The notes below the pieces were generated by a model. The model ran no database searches. It was not told the DNA's origin and worked only from the letters and a program-made list of their open reading frames with translations. From Chiloscyllium plagiosum (lineage: Eukaryota), in contig NC_057718.1 of the NCBI RefSeq assembly GCF_004010195.1, forward strand, positions 55,955,162-55,975,161: a DNA stretch of 20,000 nt, in the 5' to 3' direction. Numbering within the stretch: position 1 is the stretch's first letter; every line of letters begins with the position of its first letter. Made by a program: the position numbers and the translations under genes. Of this stretch, positions 1 to 10,596 are shown one piece after another.

Positions 1-158
1 GAGTTTGTGAGTGTGTGCATGAGAGAGTGTGTTTGCATGTGCACATGCTTGGTAAGGTATGTGTGTGTGTGATGGATATAAGCCTGTGAGAGGGTGTGTG
101 CAAGGGTGTGAGTGTGGGGTGTGTATGTGTGTGTCTGTTGTGTATGAGAGAGTGTGTC
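1..158. repeat. Degenerate (GT)n/(GA)n microsatellite-like tract, running off the window start
   Basis: Interrupted gtgtgt and gagaga runs throughout 1-158. Confidence 0.85.
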
Positions 159-244
159 TTAAAGTAACATAGCTCTTAAAATAATAATACAATCCCATTC
201 TTCCATGAACAAATTACATACACCCTATATAAGTGTTATGGTAA

Positions 245-443
245 AAACTGAAAGAACTGCAGATGCTGGTAAATCAGAAACAAAAACAGAAATTTCAGGA
301 AAACCTCAGCAGGTCTAGCAGCATCTATGAAAAGAAATCAGAGATAATGTTTCAGTTCTGAGGAACGGTCACTGGACCCAAAACATTAACTCTAATTTCT
401 CTTCACAGTTGCTGCCAGATCTGCTGAGCTTTTCCAGCAACTT
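245..443. mobile_element. Palindromic Penelope-like terminal-repeat-derived element with a degenerate hammerhead motif in the loop
   Basis: Arms ~300-352 and ~381-433 are imperfect reverse complements (aaaacctcagcaggtctagcagcatct... / ...agttgctgccagatctgctgagctttt). It shares the ctgcagatgctgg...gcaggtc.gcagcatc motif with the copies at 8156, 9435 and 16204. Centre reads CTGAGGA-ggtc actg gacc-cAAAAC. Confidence 0.65.
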
Positions 444-1036
444 ACACTTTATGGTAGTTGTGAAATTACTTACAAAAAAGATTGAAAAGATTACGAGTTT
501 GACTCCAAGAGTCTATATAATGCATATTTGTTTTGACAATATTTCTGGGTCTTGTGATGGTGTAACCTTCCAGAGATTTAGACTTTGCACTTGGCTTTTC
601 TTGATTTGTAGGTATGTTGGAATCTTATTTGCTGTTAGTGTGTTAACTGTTATCCTAATGGTTTTCCATACCTTAATATTCAAAGCTATTTTTGTGTGTG
701 TTTTGTGCATAATTCTAGTACTGCACAGTTCCTTGTGTTAGCTTCTGTCTTTCCTTTATGTTGGTCAGTGTTAGGACTTGTTGAGAGTCTAGACAGATAG
801 CAGCCTGGCAATATTATCCTGTCTTGGTCTCTGTTGGTGAAGGTAAGCCTATGTCCAGAGATATAGGCACTTTGAAGCCAAGTGTGTAATAAGTGATCAA
901 GTCATAATTCTGTAGTGTTACAGGAATTTGTTGTAGTCTAGATATTGCACTTATAGTGATTTGTACAAAATCATTTCCAATTCTCTGTAGTTTCCCTAGT
1001 GAATTGCTTTCCAAATAGGTATGTTTGGAACTTGTG

Positions 1037-1280
1037 ATACACACCACCAACTTCCAGAACATTTCAGAAAATATCTCTGGGATACATGCACCAAACAACC
1101 CCACCACCTTGTGGCCGACCACTTCAACTCCCCCTCCCACTCTGCCAATGACATGCAAGTCCTGGGCCTCCTCCACCACCAAATCCTAGCCACTCGATGC
1201 CTAGAGGAAGAACATCTCATCTTCTGCCTTGGGACCCTCCAACCACACTGCATCAATGTTGATTTCTTCAGTTTCCTCAT
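1037..1280 (+). mobile_element. Penelope-like element fragment, C-terminal part of the GIY-YIG endonuclease
   Basis: ORF 1021-1347 contains FRKYL..T..QPH..VADHFNSPSHSANDMQVLGL....RCLEEEHLIFCLGTLQPHCINVDF, the typical PLE endonuclease C-terminus (VA.HFN..SH, E...I..L.TL.P.G.N). Confidence 0.85.
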
Positions 1281-2233
1281 GTGGACAAAATTTCCTCTTT
1301 TCATTATACAATACAGCACCAACTTCAAATGTTTTCTATGGCATTGAATCTGTCTGGGTTAGTCCTACAACAATTATACTCAATGTGAGGATCCTTGGTC
1401 TCTTCTGCTGCAGTTGGTATTTAGTGATGTCATGCATGGTCAAAGTATTTGGATCCAAGCTGGTCAGTTAAATCTTATAGCTGTTCTAATGGTGAATTCT
1501 GAAGTTTATTTTTACACAAGGCTGATTTTCCACCATTTCTCATAGTTCAGCAAGATTTATATGGTCTTTTTGAAACAGGCCAGAAATGTTTCCAATGATT
1601 TCTTTCTTTTCTCTCCTTGCTTACCTTGTTTTTTTCCATCTAAAAACCACAGCTCCATTGTTTGTTGAAAGAGCCTACACGTGAATAGGATGGGTATGGC
1701 CTTTGTTAGTCATCTTTCTAATGTTTCTTGCTTTCAACAATGGGAATTTATTGTGCTCTTGCTACTATAAGGTTACTATCTCACTACAAAGATTCAGCAG
1801 TGGTGTTGTTCTGTTTCTTTTATGTTTGTTTCATTCTGTCCTGTGTTTTTTTTACATGAAGCTTGGACTTTGTTTAATTTTGTTTTACAAATCTCTTACT
1901 CACATTTGGGTAGCTTTTTAAATCTGGAATCCCAGCATAGGTGTAACTTCTTCACTGTTGCAACATTTCTCTGAAGTCATCTCTTGTGATATTCAAACTT
2001 GTCACTGCTTTGTTTTTAAGAAAAATCCCCAGTTCTGATCACCATCTCTTATTTCCTGTGTTATCGGTAAGAATACAGATTAAGAAGCTTGGGTATTCAG
2101 TTTATTTTAAAATCGCATGAAGACTTATTTAAAACCTTGAGCTATAACTTTCTGTACAGATAACTATATATTTAACCTACATCTGATGAACTGCATATAG
2201 CAGTTGTTCATATTCTTACATTCTGGTACTTGA

Positions 2234-2452
2234 CTTGATTTGGAGATGCCTGTGTTGGGTGTACAAAGTTACAAATCACACAACACCAGGTTATAGTCCG
2301 ACAGGTTTAATCGGAAGCACTAGCTTTCGGAGCACCGCTCCTTCATCAGGTGGTTGTGGAGTGCACAATTGTAAGACACAGAATTTATAGCAAAAGTTTA
2401 CAGTGTGATGTAACTGAAATTATACATCGAAAAATACCTTGATTGTTTGTTA
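2234..2452 (-). mobile_element. Penelope-like element terminal/UTR fragment carrying a hammerhead motif
   Basis: Contains an intact minimal hammerhead on the - strand. The flanks (ttggagatgcc...cacacaacaccaggttatagtcc) resemble a shark PLE terminal repeat from memory. Boundaries are approximate. Confidence 0.6.
2318..2352 (-). ncRNA. Minimal type I hammerhead ribozyme motif, intact core
   Basis: Minus strand reads CAC CUGAUGA A GGAGC GGU GCUCC GAAA GCUA GUG: stem I CAC/GUG, 5-bp stem II, palindromic AGCU at stem III, CUA cleavage triplet. Confidence 0.75.
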
Positions 2453-2912
2453 AGTCTCTCATCTAATAGAATTATAACAGATGAACAAAAGGAGGCACAA
2501 ATGATGTTGTAATTTATTTTTTATGGCTCTTCAAATATGTAGTTGGTATTCTCATTGTGTTAGTGCTTAGTTCCTATTATGTAGTAAGACTAAAACTATT
2601 TCTTCACTGTACTTTATAATGTAAACCTCGTTTGAAATATGGGTCAATTATTTAAATTGCAATCTTAATTTAACAAGCTAGTTTGAATAATAAAGTTTCA
2701 TACATGGTAATAATACCCGTGTCACACTTCTAATTTGCCTTCAAATCAGAATTTTGCTTTTCTTAAAAGCACATCTTACCTTGCATCCATTTTACTTGTT
2801 TATTTTGTTATTGGTATTTTTCCTCGGATTCTGTTGTATAATGCCTCAAGATCAGAGGTATAATTTATCTAGGATCAATATTTCCTCATTTGCACTTGCT
2901 GTCTCAATGCAG

Positions 2913-2933
2913 GTGATATTGCAGATACATCAG
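2913..2933 (+). CDS. EML6: Candidate 21-nt coding microexon of the EML5/6-family gene, (G)DIADTS
   Basis: tgcag|GTGATATTGCAGATACATCAG|gtaagt: canonical acceptor and consensus donor, phase 1 to phase 1, in frame with exon 3345. It resembles the GDSADMS segment I recall preceding ATAPSIH in mammalian EML5. Confidence 0.65.
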
Positions 2934-3277
2934 GTAAGTTTATCAGTTCTTTCCCTTTTCCAATGCCCACTGTTCCTCCTCCTTTCCATCATTCTCTTTA
3001 TATGTATTTGTGCAGTTTCATTGGTTCTCTCATGCCTGTGAAACTGTCACAATGTATTTGCTCATAAAGCCAATACATGTGGTTGTGCAACCTATGATTT
3101 TGTTCTGAGTTCATTGCAGTGCTTAATAGTTAGTATTAGAATAATAAGCCTTTATTCTACGTTACATGCCTGAACTAAATTAGTTGACTGTGAATGGATT
3201 TTGTTTCTGAGAAGATTCAAATAATTAATCAAAATGTTTATGCAAGCTACTGAAAGAAAACCACCTTCAAGTTTTAA

Positions 3278-3538
<261 letters not shown>

Positions 3539-4034
3539 TAATTAAGAAGTTATTTATTATATTTATTCTATTTTACAAAGTCATTGACCTACATTCATTT
3601 ATTTATAATTATGGTAGTTAAGTGAGCAGGTTGTAGATTCTGCACAACTTGCATCAATGCTATATTTGAACTCACAGCAAAAGGCAAAAAATGATTAACA
3701 AGATATCTCATCTTACATTTTCATCAGTAGCAATGAGGCAGAGACCATTTGTCTGAGTTTTTTCTTTTATTCTATTATTTTCTCACTTTCTGCCTAGTTA
3801 ATTTCTGATTTTGACAAAAATTTGATGCACATCCCCCAAGTCTGACTGGCACAACTCACATCTGACATTCAGCCATCCATGTTAGATTTGGGTAGACCCC
3901 ATAAAATCCTATAGAGCCTATACAACTTTAGAATCATCCTAGATTCTTAAAAACAATGCTTTGTCTCTCTTCTTCAATATCCACCATCTACTTCAATTCT
4001 TCTCCCACCTACTTTACCTTCACCTTCAAGAATA

Positions 4035-4254
4035 CAGGTAGTTCTTCTATAACGCAGTGGTTGCATTCTGGTGCAAACCTGCATTATAGAAAAATTGCAC
4101 TTTAGAAACGGTGCTTAAAGTGTTTGTGATGTAATTTGCATTACAGCCAACACACGTTTTAAAAGTTCATGCTTTAGAAACAGTGTCCCCAATTCATCAA
4201 TTGCGTTACAGTGAATTTGTGTTAACAAAACACATGTTATAGCAGAACAACCTG
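4035..4254. mobile_element. 220-bp MITE of Tc1/mariner (Tigger/pogo-like) type
   Basis: TIRs caggtagttcttctataac and gttatagcagaacaacctg match at 17 of 19 positions. TA on both sides (4033-4034, 4255-4256). No ORF. Confidence 0.85.
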
Positions 4255-5266
4255 TAACTGAAAGGAGCTTATGAACATCTTTTCACAAAAGTTGAAAATT
4301 ACCTATTCATTTGCCCTTTCCCCTAACCAGTAAGCTTAATGGCCTTAAGTTCTCCCATGCTAAAACCTTGAACTCAAGTCTTTCTCTAGCTTCTCTCTTG
4401 TCTCCTCCCACATGTTCTCTGAATGACTTCCACATAAGATGCAATCTCTCTCTGTTTCCACCAACCTGATGACCAAACAACTAAAACCCCCTTCCATCCC
4501 CATGCTAAATGAAACTGTAAACACATACCATGGCAGCGATTACTTATTTTTCAAATCTGTCACCATTACCCTCCTCCAGTATACCCACAACCACTGCCTG
4601 CTGGACTTGTGGTCAATGTATTTTCCTTCACAAATTTTTCAATGAAGGAAGAGTGATACAGAATCATCCAACTACTTGGGGTGTTCTGCAACGAGAAGGC
4701 CAGGCCCATCCTTCATAACTACAAAGTACTTTATCTCTCTCCAAGCACTATTCACTCAGTCTACATATCTAGTTCTTGAGCAGCCAAGCTTATACCCACA
4801 ATCCTCTTCTCAGTTGTGATGACTGAGCTGACTTCTCCCAGAATCCAACTTGGTCACTTCTCACCAGCATCATCTGTAATGGGAAGGTTGCATTCATGTC
4901 ATGGGATCAGGGATATGGGAGAAAGGGTCTCCAGTAGCAATTGATGGAATGAGATCTCCATGTAAACCACATTTTGGCTCTCAACTCCAGACCTTCTACA
5001 AAAAATTTGACATCAGTCCTAACAATTAGTTGGTGAATACTTACTCATTCCACATTATTTTGCAGTGACCCCCTATACCTTCAGAAATTCAATTTTTATA
5101 TCCTTATTGATGATTGACATTTGGTCACGAGAAAGAGTGATTCTGCAACTTGACAATGATGCCTAATGATCAGGCGAAGTGGTAATAAAGGAATGCAATC
5201 AGATAACTAATTTACACAGCATTGTGTCTTCAGTTGGATAAAATTGGTAAAGTTTGCCAGTGTTGC

Positions 5267-5797
<531 letters not shown>

Positions 5798-6214
5798 TGA
5801 TTATTCAATTAGTAATTATCTTATTATTCAATATTATAAGAAGTGAATAGATTTACATATTGGAAAACTAATAATTATCATTCTAAAATATACTCCCAAT
5901 CCAGGACTCTTCTTGCGATAAAACCTAAGCAGGAAATTGTTGTGTTTTCTTTTCCATGGCTGGAATTTATTGTTTTTTATAAGTATTGTTAGCAAATCTG
6001 TGATATTAAAATTCTTATGTTCTATATACATTTCTTGCCATAACCCTTGCTTTCTTTTGCCGCTTTTATGTTATTTTCTGCTCTATTTATCCCAATGTCC
6101 ATATTTATAATGAAAAATGTTTAATTAAATTGACTAAATTACAATTTTATCCTCCAGCTGCTGGTTTTGACTCTTACACAAAAATAGGAGAATGAGACAG
6201 TATCTCTCACTAAG

Positions 6215-7045
6215 CCTGTACTTGTTTTCAATATGGCCATGGCTGACCTTGGACTTCAACTCAATCTTTCGCCTGCTCTCCATATCCTTTGATTCCCTGA
6301 GAGACTCGAGCCTTAAATCCATTTAATTATGGACCATGCACAATCCTCTGGGCTGGATGATACCAAAAAATCACAACTCTTTGAGTGAAGCAACTTCTTC
6401 TTATCTCAGCACTAAATGATTGCCCCTTTTATTTTATTTTTTAATTTTTTTTTAGAGCCAGCTCTGAGTGAACAGAATCTCTGACACTCCAGTTTATTTT
6501 TTCATTTTTTATCTTTTTTTCTGACACTCCTGTTCTTTTTTTTCCCCTTACCCCCACACTACCGCCTAACTGCGGTAGTGCTTATTTTTCCCCCATACCC
6601 ATATTTGTGTGTGCGGGTGTGGGACACAGTAAAAGACACAAGGTGCACGAATCTTTATTTAATTTCCACCACCAGAAATAAAATAAAACACCCAAGTGGC
6701 CAGTGACAAGCAGTGCCCTTCACATCAAAGGGCAAAAGGGCAATGCTGTGTGATCAAGCAGTGAAGGGGGGGAGGGGAGCAGGGATTAAATCAAAATACA
6801 ATTGGAGGGGGAAATAATGCACTCCACTCCCTGTGGTGCCCACCTGTCCTTGAACAGCTCAAGGGTATTGGTGCTCTTTCTCCAGAGATACCCAGGCTCT
6901 AATGTAACCACGGAAGAGGGGCAGGCAATCGGTCTTTAGAGCCCCTGATTGCCCCTTTTATTCTGAGACTGGGCTCAGAACCCCCATTGGAAACAAGCTT
7001 TCAGAATCTACCTGATCAAACCCCATCAGTATCTTATATGTTTTC
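6215..7045 (-). mobile_element. Old CR1-type LINE 3' fragment, interrupted by the 6434-6945 insertion
   Basis: Decayed similarity to CR1 3' regions elsewhere in the window (ccatatcccttgattccc, tgagtgaag.aa.ttcttc.tatctc). Sequence is continuous across the 17-bp TSD. Confidence 0.55.
6434..6945 (-). mobile_element. 5'-truncated L1-clade (Tx1-like) LINE 3' end with poly(A) tail and 17-bp TSD
   Basis: TSD tgattgccccttttatt at 6417-6433 and 6946-6962. T-rich tail on the + strand. Minus-strand peptide DCLPLFRGYIRAWVSLEKE..TNTLELFKDRWAPQGVECIISPSNCILI* resembles the Tx1-like ORF2 C-terminus. 9-bp hairpin at 6557-6580 in the 3' UTR. Confidence 0.75.
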
Positions 7046-7298
7046 CAACCATACAACTTGTCCACAAAAGAAACTCCTACATCCCAAATAAATATTTCTG
7101 AGCCTTGCCATCAAACTAAAATATGGGTCAATATACCGGGAGGGAAACAGTGCTCCCGTTGTCATTTTCCACAGTGTGGCCAATTAATGGCCAGGGGTTG
7201 GGCTTCCTATTCATTGAATGATGAAGCGTGTTCTCTCAAGTCTAAAGGCCTAATCAGAGGCCGTTTAAAAACTTTCTGTCACTCAGTTATGGCAGGCA

Positions 7299-7388
7299 CC
7301 CAGGGCTCCTTGATTGGCTCTGGTTAACAACCCCATCAAGGATCTCCTAGTCAATGAGATCCACTGGGCCCTGGTTCCAATCACTACA
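7299..7388 (-). repeat. Partial 3' LTR of the Gypsy element
   Basis: Aligns with 10740-10826 (ccaggg...taacaacccc.atcaaggatctc..agtcaatgagatc...tcactaca) with many substitutions. Adjacent to the PPT GGAGGGA on the - strand. Confidence 0.85.
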
Positions 7389-8155
7389 TCCCTCCACAAA
7401 CAATCCCCTCCCTCCCCAAAATTCTGGGGATATGGGCCTGTTCCTTCTCTTGTAGATTCTCCTGGGACATTTTCGTCCCAGGTCCGGTTCCTCTGACTTA
7501 GGCTCAGAAAAGGGCAGCGTGTACCAGACCGTAGCCCATCTCTTGCACCTGGAACGTCTCTGAAGAGTTTCTTCATCTTCTGGCAGTAGCAATATTGAGG
7601 CTGCATCCATCTCAGACTCAGAGGTTTCCTCAATGCTAGAGGGAGAGGACAAATATACAGTTTCTGACAGCCTTTCCAGCTGTTCTAAGGGGTAAGTATA
7701 CTTTGCTCCTGCCCAGTTTGCACAGTAGCAGCTTTCAGGTGATCCACAAGTTTGTTCAGGACCACCTCATCTACTCGAACTTTGTATGTCACGATACCTG
7801 ACTTCGCAATGACCTCACTTCATACCCATGGCAGGCCATTTCTGTGGTTCTGGCACCAAGTCTCGTCTCCTTAAATAAACAGTCTATCTCTTGCTTAGGA
7901 GTGGCAAGTGGCCAGCATTGGCATTCCTGTTGCCATTTCACCCTCCATCCCCAGGTCCAGGAATGTCAGGTCTAACCTGCTGCAGAGTCTTCTGCCCATC
8001 AGCAACTCTGCTGGAGCTATCCCTATAGTTGCGTGAAGGAGAGTCCTATAATCGAACTGTTTAGTATCAAATGAAGCTGTAGGCTGTTCCTTTAAGCCTG
8101 CCTTCAACATTTGGACTGCTCTTTCTACCAGACCATTGGATGATGGATGGTATGG

Positions 8156-8260
8156 GCAAAGGTGAGGACTGCAAATGCTGGAAACCAGAGTTTAGATTAG
8201 GGTAGTGTTGGAAAAGCACAGCAGGTCAGGCAGCATCCGAGGAGCAGCAAAATCGACATT
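8156..8260 (-). mobile_element. Penelope-like terminal-repeat fragment, truncated inside its hammerhead motif
   Basis: Homologous to 16204-16305 and to the reverse complement of 9502-9600. Interrupts the integrase TAP|YHP motif. Confidence 0.8.
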
Positions 8261-8338
8261 AGATACTGGCTAAACAATACCAGGGTCATCCAGGAGTTTC
8301 CAAAATGAAGATGTTGGCAATGAGTGGTCAGATGGTGG
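8257..8338 (+). repeat. 82-bp perfect inverted copy of 9188-9269
   Basis: Base-by-base reverse complement identity (cattagatactggc...cagatggtgg). Confidence 0.95.
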
Positions 8339-8436
8339 AGCTGTCTGAACATGCTGAAGGCCATTCAATTTTAGGAAATACTCGAATTCCCTGCTGATAA
8401 GTGACATGCCATTATTCATGACCAATACTTCTGAAA

Positions 8437-8900
8437 TGTTGTGGTTCTGTTCACCGAGCTGGGAATTTGTGTTGCAGACGTTTCACCCCCTGTCTAGGTG
8501 ACATCCTCAGTGCTTGGGAGCCTCCTGTGAAGCGCTTCTGTGATGTTTCCTCCGGCATTTATAGTGGTTTGTCTCTGCCGCTTCCGGTTGTCAGTTCCAG
8601 CTGTCCGCTGCAGTGGCCGTATATTGGGTCCAGATCGATGTGTTTGTTGATAGAATCTGTGGATGAGTGCAATGCCTCTAGGAATTCCCTGGCTGTTCTC
8701 TGTTTGGCTCATCCTATAATAGTAGTGTTGTCCCAGTCAAACTCATGTTGCTTGTCATCTGCGTGTGTGGCTACTAAGGATAGCTGGTTGTGTCTTTTCG
8801 TGGCTAGTTGGTGTTCATGGATACGGATCGTTAGCTGTTTTCCTGTTTGTCCTATGTTGTCCAACGAGCACCCGAGCTACAAATCTTCTCACAAACTTTG
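8437..8900 (-). mobile_element. Penelope-like insertion (GIY-YIG C-terminal half plus UTR) with an apparently inverted terminal segment and 13-bp TSD
   Basis: TSD aatacttctgaaa at 8424-8436 and 8901-8913. Minus-strand peptide IGQTGKQLTIRIHEHQLATKRHNQLSLVATHADDKQHEFDWDNTTIIG*AKQRTAREFLEA..INKHIDLDPIY. Splits the integrase at HRLSEV|LV. Confidence 0.9.
8474..8513 (-). ncRNA. Minimal type I hammerhead ribozyme motif, intact core with GUC triplet
   Basis: Minus strand reads GCA CUGAGGA U GUCACCU AGAC AGGGGGU GAAAC GUC UGC: stem I GCA/UGC, stem II with wobbles and one mismatch, palindromic ACGU. Confidence 0.7.
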
Positions 8901-9434
8901 AATACTTCTGAAAGTCTGTGTATCACAAATGGTGCTAGCACCTTTTCAGTTGTCTTCCCTGAGTTTGCCAAACGAACTTTATACATGTTCAACCGCTTTG
9001 AATGGGCATCCACAATGATCAGGAACATTGAGCCCATGAAAGAATCTGCATAGTCGACGTTTAACTAAGTCCAGGATTTACCTGGCCATTCCCATGAATG
9101 TGGGGGCACTGCCAGCAATATCTTTTGGTCCTTGTTGGCACTCTGAGCACTACCACACCAACGCAGTATGTCAGCATCCAATTCTGACCACCATCTGACC
9201 ACTCATTGCCAACATCTTCATTTTGGAAACTCCTGGATGACCCTGGTATTGTTTAGCCAGTATCTAATGGCAACCTTTACTCAGAGCAGTCACTCTTGCT
9301 CCCCATACTAATATGCCATCATCTACAGTCATCTGGTCTTGTCGGGTCCAGAAAAGTTTCAATCCTGGTTGTAATGGCTCTTCTGTTTTTTTTTGTCCGC
9401 AGTCAGATATTGTCAGTGGTGACTGGAAGGGTGT

Positions 9435-9605
9435 GTAGATGGCTTATCTCTCCACGCTTCAGGCTCTCTACCTTTATTCCTGATAAAGGGCTTTTGCCCG
9501 AAACGTCGATTGTGCTGCTCCTCGGATGCTGCCTGAACTGCTGTGCTCTTCAAGCACCACTAATCCAAAATCTGGTTTCCAGCATCTGCAATCATTGTTT
9601 TTACC
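9435..9605 (+). mobile_element. Penelope-like terminal-repeat fragment with a mutated hammerhead (9478-9510), inserted in Gypsy pol
   Basis: CTGATAA A GGGC TTTT GCCC GAAAC GTC followed by the shared ctcctcggatgctgcctg...ccagcatctgca sequence. Pol homology resumes on both sides (ESVLVLN | TLPVTTDNI). Confidence 0.8.
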
Positions 9606-10543
9606 CGGTTTAAAACCAGAACTGACTCTTCCAAGGGAGGCATTATCAGTGGAGTATCTGCCAGTGGGAAGCAGCTAAAGGCATCTGCATTTGTCATTTG
9701 GCCTCCTGGATGGTGTGCCAACTTGTAATTGTATGCACTGAAAATAAGGGACCACTGCTGAATTTGACCAGAAGCTATGGGTAACACAGTTTTGCCTTTC
9801 TGGTAGCAGGGGTTTGTGATTCAATCCTGTGACATATTTACATTCAAAATGGCATTAGTTTCTCACACCAAAGATGACCTCCCTTCTCTATCTGGGCATA
9901 TTTACATTTGGCATCAGCCAAAGTCTGCTATTGGGCGTTCCTCTCCATTGGGCCCCTGGTGAGCCAACACCACATCAATAACATACGGGGAGGCATTGCA
10001 TGTCATATTACCTTTCGCTTGGGATTGTAGTGGACTAACAACTTAGATGACAATAGCTGCTTTTTCACTTCCCTGAAGGCTACTTCTTGACTATGCAACC
10101 ATTACCAAGGCTGATCCTTTTTCAATAGCAGGTTTGAGGGTGTCAAGCTGGAGGCCAGGTTACATATGAATTTCCTGTGATAATTCACCAACCCAAGGAA
10201 AGACCTAAGCTCCAGTACAGGCATGGGAGCTGGGGCACCTTTGATCACTGTCACTTTATCTTTGAATGGATGTAACCCGGTTTTGTTGATTCTCTCCACA
10301 CCAGGGAGAGACATTTAAGCACAATGTCCAAGTTCTCCAAGTGCTCTTTATTGATCTTCCCAGTTATTAGTACATTAGCCAGATAAATGACAACCTGAGG
10401 TAGCCCTTGTAAAATGTTCTTCTTTGTACAATGGAAAAGGGTACAGGCTGATGATACTCCAAATAGCAATCTTGTATGGTTGTGGCTCCTGTCCAGCTTC
10501 ATGAAGAACAGCCTCCCTGTCAGTTTTCCATCTGCAAGAAGCA

Positions 10544-10595
10544 GTTAATCCATTGTGCTTTGCATGCATGGGTTCAGATCCCACTCTCGTCACCA
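10544..10595 (+). pseudogene. 3' ~52 nt of mature tRNA-Ser(GCU) including CCA, forming an over-long primer-binding site
   Basis: gttaatccattgtgctttgcatgcatgggttcagatcccactctcgtcacca aligns without gaps to recalled vertebrate tRNA-Ser(GCU) GCTAATCCATTGTGCTCTGCACGCGTGGGTTCGAATCCCATCCTCGTCGCCA. Several differences are CpG transitions. It lies 1 nt from the LTR end. Confidence 0.8.
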
Positions 10596-10596
10596 C

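Larger units (their letters stand above)
7750..10529 (-). pseudogene. Gypsy pol remnant (RT, RNase H, integrase) with stops, frameshifts and deletions
   Basis: RT: FMKLDRSH, TRLLFGVSSA, IYLANVLITG (YLDD decayed), ELRSFLGLVNY. RNase H end: FSAYNYKLAHHPG..NADAFS. Integrase: GHPGVSKMK, FLIIVDAHSK, TAPYHPSSNGLVERAVQ, APAELLMGRRL. Confidence 0.9.

Noticed and set aside
409..741. 110-aa hydrophobic ORF and similar ORFs (1703-1921, 2754-3041)
   Set aside because: T-rich intronic sequence with non-ATG starts gives spurious Phe/Leu/Val-rich ORFs. No recognisable domain.
4300..4900. C/A-rich stretch, possibly an ancient L2-type LINE remnant
   Set aside because: Too degenerate to support with motifs by eye.
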